Shown one piece after another: positions 32,935 to 43,399 of a stretch of 64,000 nucleotides of DNA (positions are counted from its first letter, which is position 1; each line of letters begins with the position of its first letter). The notes under the pieces are model-generated. The model was not told the origin of the DNA. It did not search any database and saw nothing but the letters and a program-made list of their open reading frames with translations. Source of the DNA: Parcubacteria group bacterium M6-OD1-1 (GTDB lineage: Bacteria; Patescibacteriota; Minisyncoccia; GWC2-36-17; M10-OD1-4); contig LSNK01000001.1 in assembly GCA_003056085.1 (NCBI GenBank), forward strand, positions 88,729 through 152,728, given 5' to 3'. The position numbers and the translations under genes are program-made.

Positions 32935-34650
32935 CTAAACTGTATCCTGCAAAACATCCTCCAATGATATCATGCCTTTTAAAACTTTAATAATGCCGTC
33001 CTGTCTTAATGAAATCATATTCTGTCTTTTTGCTTCTTCATTTATCTTTTCATCAACCTCGCCATTTATTATTATACTTTTTAATTGCGGTGTCATTTCC
33101 AAAACCTCAAATATAACCATTCTTCCAATAGTCCCTTTATGAGCACACTTTGGACATCCTACAGCCTGAAAAATTTTAAATTCCTGTTTTCTAACTTCAT
33201 CCTGCAAAAACTGGGGCATTTCCGATATATTTTTATCAAGTATTTCTTTTGCTCTTCCTTCCGGTTTGTATTCCGCTTTGCAATCATTGCAAAGTTTTTT
33301 GATAAGCCTTTGGGCTATAATAAGATTTAAAGCCGAAGGAAGCAAAAATGATTCAACCCCCATATCTATAAGACGGGAAACAACCCCGATTGCATCATTT
33401 GTATGCAAAGTTGAAAACACTAAATGACCGGTTAACGCAGCATGCACCACTAAAGTTGCTGTCTCTGAATCTCTAACCTCACCAACCATTATAACATTCG
33501 GATCCTGACGCAAGATACTTCTTAAACCGGAAGCAAATGTATAGTCAATTTCAGGCCTTATCTGAGACTGATTAACTCCATTTACATAATATTCCACAGG
33601 ATCCTCCAAGCTTATTATATTAACTTCCTCATTATTTAAAACTCCCAGCATCGACTGTAAAGTCGTTGATTTACCGGAGCCGGTAGGTCCTGTTGTCAGC
33701 ACCATTCCAAAAGGTTTCTTTAAAGACCTCTCAATGACTTCATAAGAATGCCCGAAAAATCCTAATTCCTCCAAAGTTTTAAGACCGGTTGACGGATCCA
33801 AAAGACGAAGCACAACCTTCTCACCTTCAATGGTAGGAAAAGTTGAAACACGAAAATCTATAGGATTTCCGTCTATTCTTATTCTAAATCTTCCGTCTTG
33901 CGGAACTCTTGTTTCATCTATTTTAAGATTTGATAGAATTTTTATTTTAGAAATTATAGCGCTGTGAGTAGCCTTGGGCAAAGTAAGACTGGCATGAAGC
34001 ACACCGTCTATTCTAAATCTTACTCTTGTGTCATCTTCCATAGGCTCGATATGAATATCTGAAGCTTTTCCTTCATAAGCATGCTTGAAGATAACATCAA
34101 TTAATTTATTTATAGGAGCTTCCTCGGATATTTTTTCCGCTTTTTTTGGATCATCTAATTTAATCTCCACTTCTGATGTTTTTTCTTCAATTCCCTCCAA
34201 AGCCTCTTTAACTTTTGTATCTATGGCGGAATATTGCCTAAACAAAAAATTAAATTGAGAATTTGTTATCAAAAATATCTGTGCATTTAAGTTGTTGCTT
34301 GTCAAAATAAATTTAATAGCGTCTGACGCCTTGATATCCTGCGGATTCACCATTCCAACTTCCAAAAGAGATCCCTTTTTTAAGAGCGGGATTATCTTGT
34401 AAGTCCTTGAGACCTCCTCCGGTATTTGGCTTAAAGCATTCCCCGGAATAGAATAATCTTCTCTTACTTTTTTTAAAGGCACTCCGTAAAACTTGCTTTT
34501 TGCATCAAAAACAACATCTTCAGAAAATTTTTCAAGTAAAAATTCTTCTTCAGTTCCTGAAAATTCTGAAAGCTCTTCTTTAAGACTTACAGCCTCTTCT
34601 TTTGAAATTTTATGCGTTGTAAATAATATATCTATTAAAGTTTTTTGCAT
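32935..34650 (-). CDS. pilB: Type IV pilus extension ATPase (GspE/PilB)
   Basis: ASDIHIEP, PQDGRF, GPTGSGKSTTL, CNDC/CPKC zinc motif. Confidence 0.95.
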   Translation of the reverse strand: MQKTLIDILFTTHKISKEEAVSLKEELSEFSGTEEEFLLEKFSEDVVFDAKSKFYGVPLKKVREDYSIPGNALSQIPEEVSRTYKIIPLLKKGSLLEVGMVNPQDIKASDAIKFILTSNNLNAQIFLITNSQFNFLFRQYSAIDTKVKEALEGIEEKTSEVEIKLDDPKKAEKISEEAPINKLIDVIFKHAYEGKASDIHIEPMEDDTRVRFRIDGVLHASLTLPKATHSAIISKIKILSNLKIDETRVPQDGRFRIRIDGNPIDFRVSTFPTIEGEKVVLRLLDPSTGLKTLEELGFFGHSYEVIERSLKKPFGMVLTTGPTGSGKSTTLQSMLGVLNNEEVNIISLEDPVEYYVNGVNQSQIRPEIDYTFASGLRSILRQDPNVIMVGEVRDSETATLVVHAALTGHLVFSTLHTNDAIGVVSRLIDMGVESFLLPSALNLIIAQRLIKKLCNDCKAEYKPEGRAKEILDKNISEMPQFLQDEVRKQEFKIFQAVGCPKCAHKGTIGRMVIFEVLEMTPQLKSIIINGEVDEKINEEAKRQNMISLRQDGIIKVLKGMISLEDVLQDTV

Positions 34651-34659
34651 AATAAAAAA

Positions 34660-35007
34660 TTAAAATGTTGAAATAAATGGATTTTTTCTCCCAGGTTTTA
34701 TAATAATCTCTCCTGACGATTCATATTTTTTAAGATTTGAATAAAAAGGATTATCTAATTCTTTTTTCATTTTGTCTATATCTCTTTTTATCTTATTGAT
34801 AATTACCGCAGAAGACTCCGAAGAAGTAATAATCTCACCTGAAACAAGTTTTGAAACTCCTGCTTGAGGAGGTGCGGGAACGGTTTTAAAAAAAGCATTA
34901 TAAATAAACATAAACCCGACTAAGGACAGAACCACCAAAACAGCCACAAGTAAATTTTGTCTTGTTCTTCCGTCTTTTGGAAATAAATTTTTAATGGAAA
35001 AATTCAT
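34660..35007 (-). CDS. Pilus-locus membrane protein (PilP-position)
   Basis: Single TM, C-terminal GRKNPF motif, located after pilO. Confidence 0.6.
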   Translation of the reverse strand: MNFSIKNLFPKDGRTRQNLLVAVLVVLSLVGFMFIYNAFFKTVPAPPQAGVSKLVSGEIITSSESSAVIINKIKRDIDKMKKELDNPFYSNLKKYESSGEIIIKPGRKNPFISTF

Positions 35008-35015
35008 AAATAAAC

Positions 35016-35564
35016 TTACTGATAATACGCGTTTATGCTAACATCAAAATCAAAAATTGGCTCAATCACCACATCTTCTTCAATAACCTGACTGGATCTT
35101 GATATTGAAAATTTTACGATATCCATAAGGTGTTTATTGTTTTTTATATCTTCACTAAAATTTAAAAATGAGTCATAAGAACCGGAAATTTTTAAATTTG
35201 CCAAAATAATATAATATTCTCCCTTTCTAACTGATTTTTTTATAGGAGTTGAAAAACTAACATCTTTTGCAATAAGTCCATTTCTTGAAATAATATAATC
35301 TATTTCAACAAGAAGATCAGCAATGTTTTTTGATTTTGGCAATATATCGTTTATTCTTTGATTGTTTTTTAAAATTGGGGCAAATTCTTTATTTATATTT
35401 CCAACTTCTTTTATAATATATTGATACCCATCAAGCTCTTGTCCTTTTGCAGTAAGACTTGCCGACACTACTCCTACTTCTCTGTATTTAGGTTCAACAA
35501 AAACAACAGTTAAAATAACGGCGATAGTTAAAAAAATTGTTCCGGTTATATACCTTTTGTCCAT
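35016..35564 (-). CDS. pilO: Type IV pilus assembly protein PilO-like
   Basis: TM, coiled coil, ILPK, ISGSYDSFLNF; position after pilM/pilN. Confidence 0.75.
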   Translation of the reverse strand: MDKRYITGTIFLTIAVILTVVFVEPKYREVGVVSASLTAKGQELDGYQYIIKEVGNINKEFAPILKNNQRINDILPKSKNIADLLVEIDYIISRNGLIAKDVSFSTPIKKSVRKGEYYIILANLKISGSYDSFLNFSEDIKNNKHLMDIVKFSISRSSQVIEEDVVIEPIFDFDVSINAYYQ

Positions 35565-35637
35565 TTTTATAATTTAAAAATTAACTTATCGTTAATCTTC
35601 TTCTTTTTGCTTTTCATCTTTTATTTTATCTTTAAAT

Positions 35638-36162
35638 CTATTTTTTGATATTTAGCAAAACTGAAAATTTAACACCTTTTTCAACTAAAGAGATGTCTGA
35701 TATTTCGTAACTTGATATATCTTTATTTTTAAAATACAAACTCACCTGTTCAGATAGACTTTTTGGATTCAAAGCAACTCCGATTAATTCCACTTTTCCT
35801 CTCATAACATCAAAGTCAGTATTCTCATAATAAACTCTTGGATGAATTGAACTTGAAATGACAGACAAAAGCTTGTTTGGGTCGGCGTGATTTTTTCTTA
35901 AATTTTCAACCACACTAAGTTGACCCTCCACTTCATTAAGTCTTCCTATCTCACTTGAAGTATTTTCTATATTAAGGTTTTTAATGGATTCGGCCACTTG
36001 GTTTAAGTTTTCAGTCAATATTGAATTGTAGAAAAAAAGACCGATATAAGAACCTGCGCTTATTATTAAAAAAATTATTGAGGTCGTTAAAAAAATCCCT
36101 GAAATTTTACTTTCTTTCGCTTCTATTTCAACATCGCTTTGTAATAGAGAAATATCCGGCAT
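35638..36162 (-). CDS. pilN: Type IV pilus assembly protein PilN-like
   Basis: N-terminal ISLL (INLL-like), TM, coiled coil; follows pilM. Confidence 0.65.
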   Translation of the reverse strand: MPDISLLQSDVEIEAKESKISGIFLTTSIIFLIISAGSYIGLFFYNSILTENLNQVAESIKNLNIENTSSEIGRLNEVEGQLSVVENLRKNHADPNKLLSVISSSIHPRVYYENTDFDVMRGKVELIGVALNPKSLSEQVSLYFKNKDISSYEISDISLVEKGVKFSVLLNIKK

Positions 36163-36320
36163 AGTTAAAAGTTAAAAATTAAAACCTTATGGTAATTATA
36201 CAATAAAAGTTGAAAATAAAAAAATTTATTTATACTTAATAATTGATGAGTTATAGATTGCAGTAATTTATAAAAAATAGCCTATAAACTAACACCCGCC
36301 TCTAATTCTTCAATAACAAA

Positions 36321-37403
36321 TCAGCGCCGCATAGCAAGTCCAACTGCAACAGAAAAAGACGGACCTATATTCTTTAAAGTTTTCTGAAGCTCTTCTGGAT
36401 AAATTAATCCCGAAAATGGATCAGCAACAGATGCTTTAATCTTTAATTTTTCTTCAAAATACTCAGATAGCCCAAGCATATTGGCAGAGCCTCCGCTTAA
36501 AAAAACCTCGCTAATTCTATGATTGCTTTTATTAAAATAAACATTCATAATTCTTTCTGTTTCCGCTAAAACTCCGTCTATCGTACGAAAAACATCTTTA
36601 GCATCTTCTTTTTGCGCCGGTGTCATCTTCAAACCCATGGCTTTTTTCAGCTCTTCGGCTTTTTTATAATCTCCTTGAGTAATTTTTAAAAATGCTTTTG
36701 TTATGGCAACCCCGGAAATATCATAATTATGAGACAGCCTGACAAATCCGTTATCAACTATACAATAATTGGTGGACTTTGACCCTACATCAATTATTAA
36801 AACCGGACTTTTAATGCCCTTGGCTATGGATCTTGCCATTGGAAATGTTTCCATTTCCAATGCCACAAGATCAACGCCGGACAACATTGATATATTGGAA
36901 TATTTACTTTTTACTTCATTTGGTATAGCAACCAAAAGAACTTGAATTTTATTCACCTTAGACCCTTCTTCTTTTTTTTCTCTTTCTATAATAGTTGAAC
37001 TTAAAGAAACCTGATCCATAGGAACCGGTATATATTGTCTTGCTTGAAATTCTATTGCTTTTTTAAGTTCGTTTTTTGAAAGATCAAGCATCTCTATAAC
37101 TGTAGAAAAACTTGAGAAAACAGGCACACTCATAGCGGTTTTTTTTGCTTCTGCCCCTGATTCTTTTATTATTTTTATAATCAAATCCGCGACTTGATCA
37201 TCAAGCACCCTTAAAGAAGCTTCTTCAAACTCACCTGCATCACCTCTTGAAAAAAGATGTATTTCGCCATAAGTATCAAGTTTGTATTTAGAGCCCTTCC
37301 TTGTTAATTGAACTATTTTTATAGAAGATGTCCCTATGTCCACACCCAAAAATGTGTGTTCTCGAAAAAGCTCAAGAAAGTTTATTTTTTGCGTTAATTT
37401 CAT
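36321..37403 (-). CDS. pilM: Type IV pilus assembly protein PilM
   Basis: GVDIGTSSIK, IIDVG, LSGGSA, AVGLAMR actin-like fold. Confidence 0.93.
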   Translation of the reverse strand: MKLTQKINFLELFREHTFLGVDIGTSSIKIVQLTRKGSKYKLDTYGEIHLFSRGDAGEFEEASLRVLDDQVADLIIKIIKESGAEAKKTAMSVPVFSSFSTVIEMLDLSKNELKKAIEFQARQYIPVPMDQVSLSSTIIEREKKEEGSKVNKIQVLLVAIPNEVKSKYSNISMLSGVDLVALEMETFPMARSIAKGIKSPVLIIDVGSKSTNYCIVDNGFVRLSHNYDISGVAITKAFLKITQGDYKKAEELKKAMGLKMTPAQKEDAKDVFRTIDGVLAETERIMNVYFNKSNHRISEVFLSGGSANMLGLSEYFEEKLKIKASVADPFSGLIYPEELQKTLKNIGPSFSVAVGLAMRR

Positions 37404-37422
37404 TTTATAATTTTAAAACAAC

Positions 37423-38706
37423 CTATGGTCTTTGCTCTTGAAACTCTGGAATGGGTTTATTAACATTTAGTTCCCCGGAATTTTTTGTTTCAGTGCAAGG
37501 ACCTCCTGTATTATCTCCTGTTATAGAAAGTGATATTATTTTATCTCCTGAACTTAAAAATTGAACCGTCGGGTCAGCTACTGTTGCATCATCAGTCCCT
37601 TGATATATAGAGTCTGCAATATCCCAGAAAAATGTATCACCAAAAGCTGAGGTGCAATCTCTCAAAATATCACCTGTAAAACATTGAGTAACTCCTGTAC
37701 TTGTAAATAATGTATCTAAGTTTGGAACTATAAATACCGGACTCCATGTAAAGTCAACCACAGGACGTCTATTTACTTCAATGAAAAAATCCGGAGAGCC
37801 TGCCATCTCTGTTACCGGAGAATCCTGACTGATGAAATTAGTAACCTTCACATTCCAATTATAACTCTCGCCCCTGATAAGAGTTGTCCCAACATAAGTA
37901 ACAGACTGTGTTTCTCCAGGTAATCTGACTATATTCCCCGTTATTGTCGCAACCGGCAAAATATCACCAATTTTAGTTACAGTTATTTCATAACTTTGCA
38001 TATTATAAAAATTTGAAAGATCGTATGTAAAATTAAAAATAGGAACTCTATTGTCGGTGCAATAAATTATAGATGTCCCTGTCGGAGTAACAGTAGGCGC
38101 CTCCGGCGCTAACCTTGCTTCGTATATTGAAGGTCCTGGAGTTCCATCCGAATCATCGCTAAAACTTATCCAACCGGGCACCACATCACCCCAAGCAAAT
38201 CCATTGAAAGTTCCGTCTCCTGCTGCAGCAACCTGATAATTTGATATTGCACAATTTCCTCCATTTTGACAGGAAAAAGAAATCCAGCCATTCGAAGCCT
38301 CCCCAATACTTGATAAAACTCTCGCCCAACCCAGAAGGTTTCCATTCGGATCTAACCTTGCCGTACAAGATCCGCTCGGACAACCAACTACATCAGCGGC
38401 ATTAAAAGAAATCCACCCAAGATTATCACTCCATGCATATCCCGAAGACTCCCTTGTTGTATGGGAAAACAAAACACCATAATCTGAAGTGGCGCAAACA
38501 CCTTGATTTTGACAACTCATACTTATCCATCCCGTATTTTCAGACCAAATCCAACCCAAAACATCAATTCCCTGACCTGCTGCCAAAGCAGAAGGCTCCT
38601 TGCGGGTTTCAGACCAACTTACAAAAACAAAAACAGCAAGAAAAACCACTAAGCCTGCGGCAAAAAAAATCTCTGCTTTACGCATATTGTGAATAATTTT
38701 TTTCAT
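37423..38706 (-). CDS. Secreted protein with GxAWSENxGWISF repeats and a C-terminal PKD/Ig-like domain
   Basis: GWIWSENTGWISM, GYAWSDNLGWISF, GFAWGDVVPGWISF; PVVDFTWSP...FFWD. Confidence 0.7.
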   Translation of the reverse strand: MKKIIHNMRKAEIFFAAGLVVFLAVFVFVSWSETRKEPSALAAGQGIDVLGWIWSENTGWISMSCQNQGVCATSDYGVLFSHTTRESSGYAWSDNLGWISFNAADVVGCPSGSCTARLDPNGNLLGWARVLSSIGEASNGWISFSCQNGGNCAISNYQVAAAGDGTFNGFAWGDVVPGWISFSDDSDGTPGPSIYEARLAPEAPTVTPTGTSIIYCTDNRVPIFNFTYDLSNFYNMQSYEITVTKIGDILPVATITGNIVRLPGETQSVTYVGTTLIRGESYNWNVKVTNFISQDSPVTEMAGSPDFFIEVNRRPVVDFTWSPVFIVPNLDTLFTSTGVTQCFTGDILRDCTSAFGDTFFWDIADSIYQGTDDATVADPTVQFLSSGDKIISLSITGDNTGGPCTETKNSGELNVNKPIPEFQEQRP

Positions 38707-38826
38707 TGTTTTAATTATACATTATTTTTCAAAAAAAATAAAAGGAAAATTATCAACTATTGCTCTTTACTTTTTTTCAAAATGTTGTAAAATTATATTA
38801 AGTCAATTTTAGAAGGGAGAAATATC

Positions 38827-39048
38827 GTGAGCGAAAAACCGGCAGATACCGATTTCTATTTTTCTGATCTTGAAGGCTATATGAAAGAGCAGGTGAAAGA
38901 AGCTTTGAGTTCCGTAAATAAAAATGTCGCATCAAAAAAACTCGGCCGTGAACCAACAGATGAAGAGGCTATCAAGCATTGGCTGGCTCATAAAGGCCCT
39001 GAAAACTTTGCAGAGCAGCACCGCTCTAAATTTTTAAAAAAGAAATGA
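38827..39048 (+). CDS. Small hypothetical protein
   Basis: AGGGAG SD-like site before GTG; followed by terminator hairpin at ~39066-39093. Confidence 0.65.
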   Translation: MSEKPADTDFYFSDLEGYMKEQVKEALSSVNKNVASKKLGREPTDEEAIKHWLAHKGPENFAEQHRSKFLKKK

Positions 39049-39168
39049 TATTTCTCTTGAAATTTAATCCCGCGTTTAAATAAACGCGGGATTTTCATTG
39101 CCAAATTTAACCTTGAAAACATAAATTATAAATGATATAAAGAATGTATTACACAATAAATAAAAATC

Positions 39169-41736
39169 ATGGAAACATTAAATAAAATTTTTGAAAAATT
39201 TACATTGCATGCAAAGAATCTTTTTTTTACAGCAATGTCAGAGATAGAAAATAAAAAATCAAAGCTTATTGCTCCGGAGCATCTTTTGAGTGCAATTTTA
39301 AAAGAAAATGGTTCTTTGGCATATAATCTTTTGATGGTAAATGGAGTTAAACCAAAAAAAACAACTCCAAAAAAATCGGATGCTGATGCTTCTTATTCTC
39401 AAAAAACAAAAAAAAATCAAACAGAAATAAATCAAATAATTCTTTCAAAGTTAGATAATGCATCAAAAGAAATTTTAGTAAAATCAGTAACCGTAGCAGC
39501 ATTTCACGAACATAAATATATAGGATCAGAACATATCCTTTATGCAATTTTAGAAAAAACAGATCTTCTGAAAAAAAATAAAAATTATGAACAGCTGAAA
39601 AAGCAGACTCGTGAAATACTGGGTTCTTCTTCTCAGTTTCAAAATCTTCAAGAAGTTCCGCCAAATATTGCAAAAGGAAATTTTTTAAGCCACACAACCA
39701 CAAAAAAAGAAAATGCACAGCCAAAAAAAGAAATGGAAAAGGAGCTAAAAAATGACGAAAAATTTCCGGCTCTTTCTTTTTTCTGCGAAAATTTAAACAA
39801 AGAATGCAGCACTAAAAAATCAATGCCTGTTTTTGGCAGAGAAAAAGAAATAGAAAGGATATCTCATATTCTTTTAAGAAAACTAAAAAACAATCCTCTT
39901 CTCATTGGAGAGGCGGGAGTTGGGAAAACGGCAATAGTAAAAGGACTTGCTCAAAAAATAGTTAAAAAACAAATTCCCGCAGCGCTTTTAGACAAAAAAA
40001 TATTCTCTTTGGATATGGGGCTTTTAATTGCCGGGACATCATTTAGAGGAGAATTTGAAGCAAGACTTAAAGACATTTTAGAAGAAGCGGAAAACGAAGA
40101 AGTTGTTTTATTCATAGATGAAATACACACAATAGTGGGCGCAGGCTCAGCATCAGGTTCGCTTGATGCCGCAAATATGATAAAACCTGTGCTGTCGTCA
40201 GGAAATATTAAAATAATAGCCGCAACAACACCAAAAGAATACAAACTAACTATCGGAAAAGACACAGCCTTAGCAAGAAGATTTCACCCTGTGATAATAA
40301 AAGAAGAAACTCCAAAAGAAACACTCAGAACAATCTCGGGACTGAAAGAGACATATCAGGAGCACCACAACATAAAAATATCCGATGAAGCGATTGAGCA
40401 TGCTATTTTATATTCAGAAAAATATTTCCCGCAAAGAAAACTGCCCGACAAAGCTTTGGATTTAATAGATGAAGCATCTTCGTATCTAAGCAACACAAAA
40501 ACGGCCTCAAAAGACCAGCAAGAATTATCCGAAATTAAAAAAGAACTTGAAACTGTTATAGACGAAAAAAGAATGGCGGTTTTCAATGAAGATTACAAAA
40601 CTGGAAATGAACTTAAAAAAGTAGAAGGGTTTTTAGAGCAGGAAGCAAAGTTCCTGCAAAAAAGCATAGAAAGAGTGGGCTTCCAAGAACCGAGACTGAC
40701 TCTAACAAAAGAACATATAGAAAAAACTTTATATAAAATTCTAAACTTGCCGAAAACCGAAAAAGAAAATGAGAAAAAAGTTCTGAATCTCAAAAAGCAT
40801 CTGTTGAAAAATATTATCGGTCAAAATGAAATTATAAAAAAAGTTTCAGAAAACATTATAAGAGCGCACGCAAATATAAGAAAAAAACAAAAACCTCTCG
40901 TTTCTTTTGTATTTTTAGGACCGTCAGGAGTTGGAAAAACCGAACTTGCAAAACAAATTGCAAAAGAAGTTTTTGGAAGCTCGTTTGGCTACAATAAAGA
41001 GTTTAATTCTTTTATAAGAATAGATATGTCTGAATTTTCAGAACCTCACAGTACATCAAGACTACTCGGCTCCCCTCCCGGATATGTCGGGTTTGAAGAG
41101 GGTGGTTACTTAACGGAGAAAGTTAAAAATAACCCAAGGTCTCTTATTCTTTTTGATGAAATAGAAAAAGCTCACCCTCAAATATTTAACATATTGCTTC
41201 AAATATTAGATGAGGGGGTTTTAACCGACTCAAATTCTCAAGCGGTTGATTTCAAAAATACCATCATCGTTATGACATCCAACATAGGAACTGAGGAATT
41301 TAACAAAGAAACTTTGGGATTTTTCGGACAAGAGAAAAAAGAAGCAAGGAAACACTTTGAACAGATAAGAGAAAAAACAAAGAAGTCTTTAAAAGAGATT
41401 ATGCGTCCGGAACTTATAAACAGAATAGACAGCATACTTACCTTTTTACCCCTCTCTCCCGAAGCTCTTAAAAAAATAGTTAAAAAGGAGATAAAAGAAT
41501 TTAAAACACAGCTTAAAAAATCCAAAAATATTGATCTTGAAATCTCGGAAGATGTGCTCAAATATTTAACGGAAAAATCCCAAAGCAAAGATGAAGGAGC
41601 AAGACTTGTAAAAAGAATGATTGAGGAAAAAGTTGAGTTTCCTTTGGCTGAAAAAATATTATCAGAAAAAACAAAAGATGGAGATAAGATAAAAATATCC
41701 CTCGGTAAAAACGGGTTAGAAATTTTTGAGAACTAA
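39169..41736 (+). CDS. clpC: ATP-dependent Clp protease ATPase subunit (ClpC/ClpA class)
   Basis: Clp-N repeats, GEAGVGKT, GEFEARL, LPDKALDLIDEA, GPSGVGKTE, GSPPGYVG. Confidence 0.92.
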   Translation: METLNKIFEKFTLHAKNLFFTAMSEIENKKSKLIAPEHLLSAILKENGSLAYNLLMVNGVKPKKTTPKKSDADASYSQKTKKNQTEINQIILSKLDNASKEILVKSVTVAAFHEHKYIGSEHILYAILEKTDLLKKNKNYEQLKKQTREILGSSSQFQNLQEVPPNIAKGNFLSHTTTKKENAQPKKEMEKELKNDEKFPALSFFCENLNKECSTKKSMPVFGREKEIERISHILLRKLKNNPLLIGEAGVGKTAIVKGLAQKIVKKQIPAALLDKKIFSLDMGLLIAGTSFRGEFEARLKDILEEAENEEVVLFIDEIHTIVGAGSASGSLDAANMIKPVLSSGNIKIIAATTPKEYKLTIGKDTALARRFHPVIIKEETPKETLRTISGLKETYQEHHNIKISDEAIEHAILYSEKYFPQRKLPDKALDLIDEASSYLSNTKTASKDQQELSEIKKELETVIDEKRMAVFNEDYKTGNELKKVEGFLEQEAKFLQKSIERVGFQEPRLTLTKEHIEKTLYKILNLPKTEKENEKKVLNLKKHLLKNIIGQNEIIKKVSENIIRAHANIRKKQKPLVSFVFLGPSGVGKTELAKQIAKEVFGSSFGYNKEFNSFIRIDMSEFSEPHSTSRLLGSPPGYVGFEEGGYLTEKVKNNPRSLILFDEIEKAHPQIFNILLQILDEGVLTDSNSQAVDFKNTIIVMTSNIGTEEFNKETLGFFGQEKKEARKHFEQIREKTKKSLKEIMRPELINRIDSILTFLPLSPEALKKIVKKEIKEFKTQLKKSKNIDLEISEDVLKYLTEKSQSKDEGARLVKRMIEEKVEFPLAEKILSEKTKDGDKIKISLGKNGLEIFEN

Positions 41737-42415
41737 AAACCGGCAACCCAAAATAAAACTCCTTGCTTTAAAAACAAGGAGTTTTATTTTAGACATATTT
41801 TTCCCTTCTTTTTGTGTTACTTGCAAGAAAGAAGGAGTTTTTTTGTGCAAAGACTGCAAAAAGAGAATAGATATATTTAAAACTCCATCTCACTTCCCCA
41901 AAAAATCAAAATTGGAAATTTTTTACTGCGCAACAAAATACAAACAAGACGAAATAGAAAAATTAATTTACAGCTTTAAATATCAATTTATAAAAGAAAT
42001 TAAAAATGAACTTTGTGAAATTTTAATGGAACATCTTAAAATATCCGGGTTCAAAAAAAACAGCAGCCAAGTTTTAATACCTGTGCCTCTCCACAAAAAA
42101 CGACTAAGATGGCGAGGCTTTAACCAGTCTGAAATTTTAGCAAAAGAAATTTCAGATCATTTTGATATACCAATGATAACAAATGTGCTTTTCAGAAAAA
42201 AATACACAGAACCGCAGACTTTAAAACAAGACAGAAAAGAGAGAATTAAAAATGTTAAAAATGCTTTTTTGTGTAAAAATATTGAAATTATAAAAGACAA
42301 AGAAATAATTTTAATTGATGATGTTTTAACAACAGGCGCCACTTTAAAAGAGTGTGCTAAAATCCTCTCAAAAAATAATATAAAAAAAATAATCGCCATA
42401 ACAATAGCAAAATGA
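41726..42415 (+). CDS. comF: ComF family competence phosphoribosyltransferase
   Basis: FP..CxxC..LCxxC, PVPLH..RLRWRGFNQSE, LIDDVLTTGAT. Confidence 0.93.
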   Translation: MRTKNRQPKIKLLALKTRSFILDIFFPSFCVTCKKEGVFLCKDCKKRIDIFKTPSHFPKKSKLEIFYCATKYKQDEIEKLIYSFKYQFIKEIKNELCEILMEHLKISGFKKNSSQVLIPVPLHKKRLRWRGFNQSEILAKEISDHFDIPMITNVLFRKKYTEPQTLKQDRKERIKNVKNAFLCKNIEIIKDKEIILIDDVLTTGATLKECAKILSKNNIKKIIAITIAK

Positions 42416-42453
42416 CAACTTTGGGGACGACCGTCCCCAAAGTTGTCATTTTG
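42408..42453. repeat. Perfect palindrome with 22-bp arms and GACG-AC-CGTC apex
   Basis: CAAAATGACAACTTTGGGGACG-AC-CGTCCCCAAAGTTGTCATTTTG. Confidence 0.85.
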
Positions 42454-42553
42454 AAATTCTAAAAATTTCTGTATTATAAATACTCAAAGATATTGCAAAC
42501 CGGCAAAAAAAATGATAACTTACTATTTATCAAACAAAATTCCGTTATAAAAC

Positions 42554-42643
42554 GGAGAGGTGGCTGAGCAATCGCCCCGTAAAAAGGCAGCGGTCTTGTT
42601 CCCAATTTATTCAAATCTTTAATTTGGTGATAAATTGCAATCC
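42554..42643 (+). pseudogene. Degenerate tRNA-Ser 5' half carrying structured element copy A at the anticodon
   Basis: GGAGAGGTGGCTGAGC...AAGGC..GGTCTTG|TTCCC AATTTAT TCAAAT..ATTTGG TG ATAAATT GCAAT. Confidence 0.7.
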
Positions 42644-42678
42644 CGAAATAGAATTTGTTTGCAATTTGATATTAGAGC

Positions 42679-43005
42679 GGAGAGGTGGCTGAGCGGTTGC
42701 TCCCTGTTTGTCCAAGAGCAGTAGCGATTGGCTAACAAACAGCAGTACAGCGAGGCGAAGCCGAGTCGTAAAGGCGATAGTCTTGCTCCCGATTTGTTCA
42801 AATCATTAATAATTTATAAAGCGGAGAGGTGGCTGAGCGGTCGAAGGCGATAGTCTTGAAAACTATTGTACGTTCACGCGTACCGAGGGTTCGAATCCCT
42901 CCCTCTCCGCTTTGTACGATATTATGATTTGATTACAAATCGCAGTGCTGTGCAAAAACTATTGTACGTTCACGCGTACCGAGGGTTCGAATCCCTCCCT
43001 CTCCG
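42679..43005 (+). other. Outer tRNA-Ser(TGA) gene split by two insertions (D-loop and anticodon)
   Basis: Removing 42700-42770 and 42786-42954 regenerates a full tRNA-Ser differing by one base from the intact copy. Confidence 0.85.
42823..42909 (+). tRNA. tRNA-Ser(TGA), intact, nested inside element C
   Basis: GGAGAGGTGGCTGAGCGGTCGAAGGC GATAGT CTTGAAA ACTAT, long variable arm, GGTTCGAATCC. Confidence 0.95.
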
Positions 43006-43080
43006 CTCTGGTATTAAATCAAATTTTATTCGGGAAAAACGTTGCTCCGCTTTGCAACGGAAAATTAATTTACCAAAAAA

Positions 43081-43153
43081 GCGCCCATAGCTCAGCTGGT
43101 AGAGCAGTCGCCTCTTAAGCGAACGGTCCCAGGTTCAAGTCCTGGTGGGCGCA
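43081..43153 (+). tRNA. tRNA-Lys(CTT)
   Basis: GCGCCCATAGCTCAGCTGGTAGAGC..CTCTTAA..GGTTCAAGTCC..TGGGCGCA. Confidence 0.95.
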
Positions 43154-43203
43154 CAAGAAAATCAAAATTATAAAATAAATTAGTTTACAATTTAATCTTA
43201 TAT

Positions 43204-43355
43204 GAAGAGGTGACTGAGTGGCTGCTCCCTGTTTGTCCAAGAGCAGTAGCGATTGGCTAACAAACAGCAGTACAGCGAGGGCTCCCATTTTATTCACGCT
43301 TGCGTGAGTACAAAATGCAGTGCTTTAGCCTTTAGCCCGAGTCGTAAAAGTGACA
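43204..43355 (+). pseudogene. Duplicated tRNA-Ser(GCT) 5' part with nested insertions D and E in the D-loop
   Basis: GAAGAGGTGACTGAGTGGCTG|element|AAAGTGACA; upstream flank is also duplicated. Confidence 0.8.
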
Positions 43356-43399
43356 TATATACTTTATAATAAAAGATAGTTTACAATTTAATCTTATAT

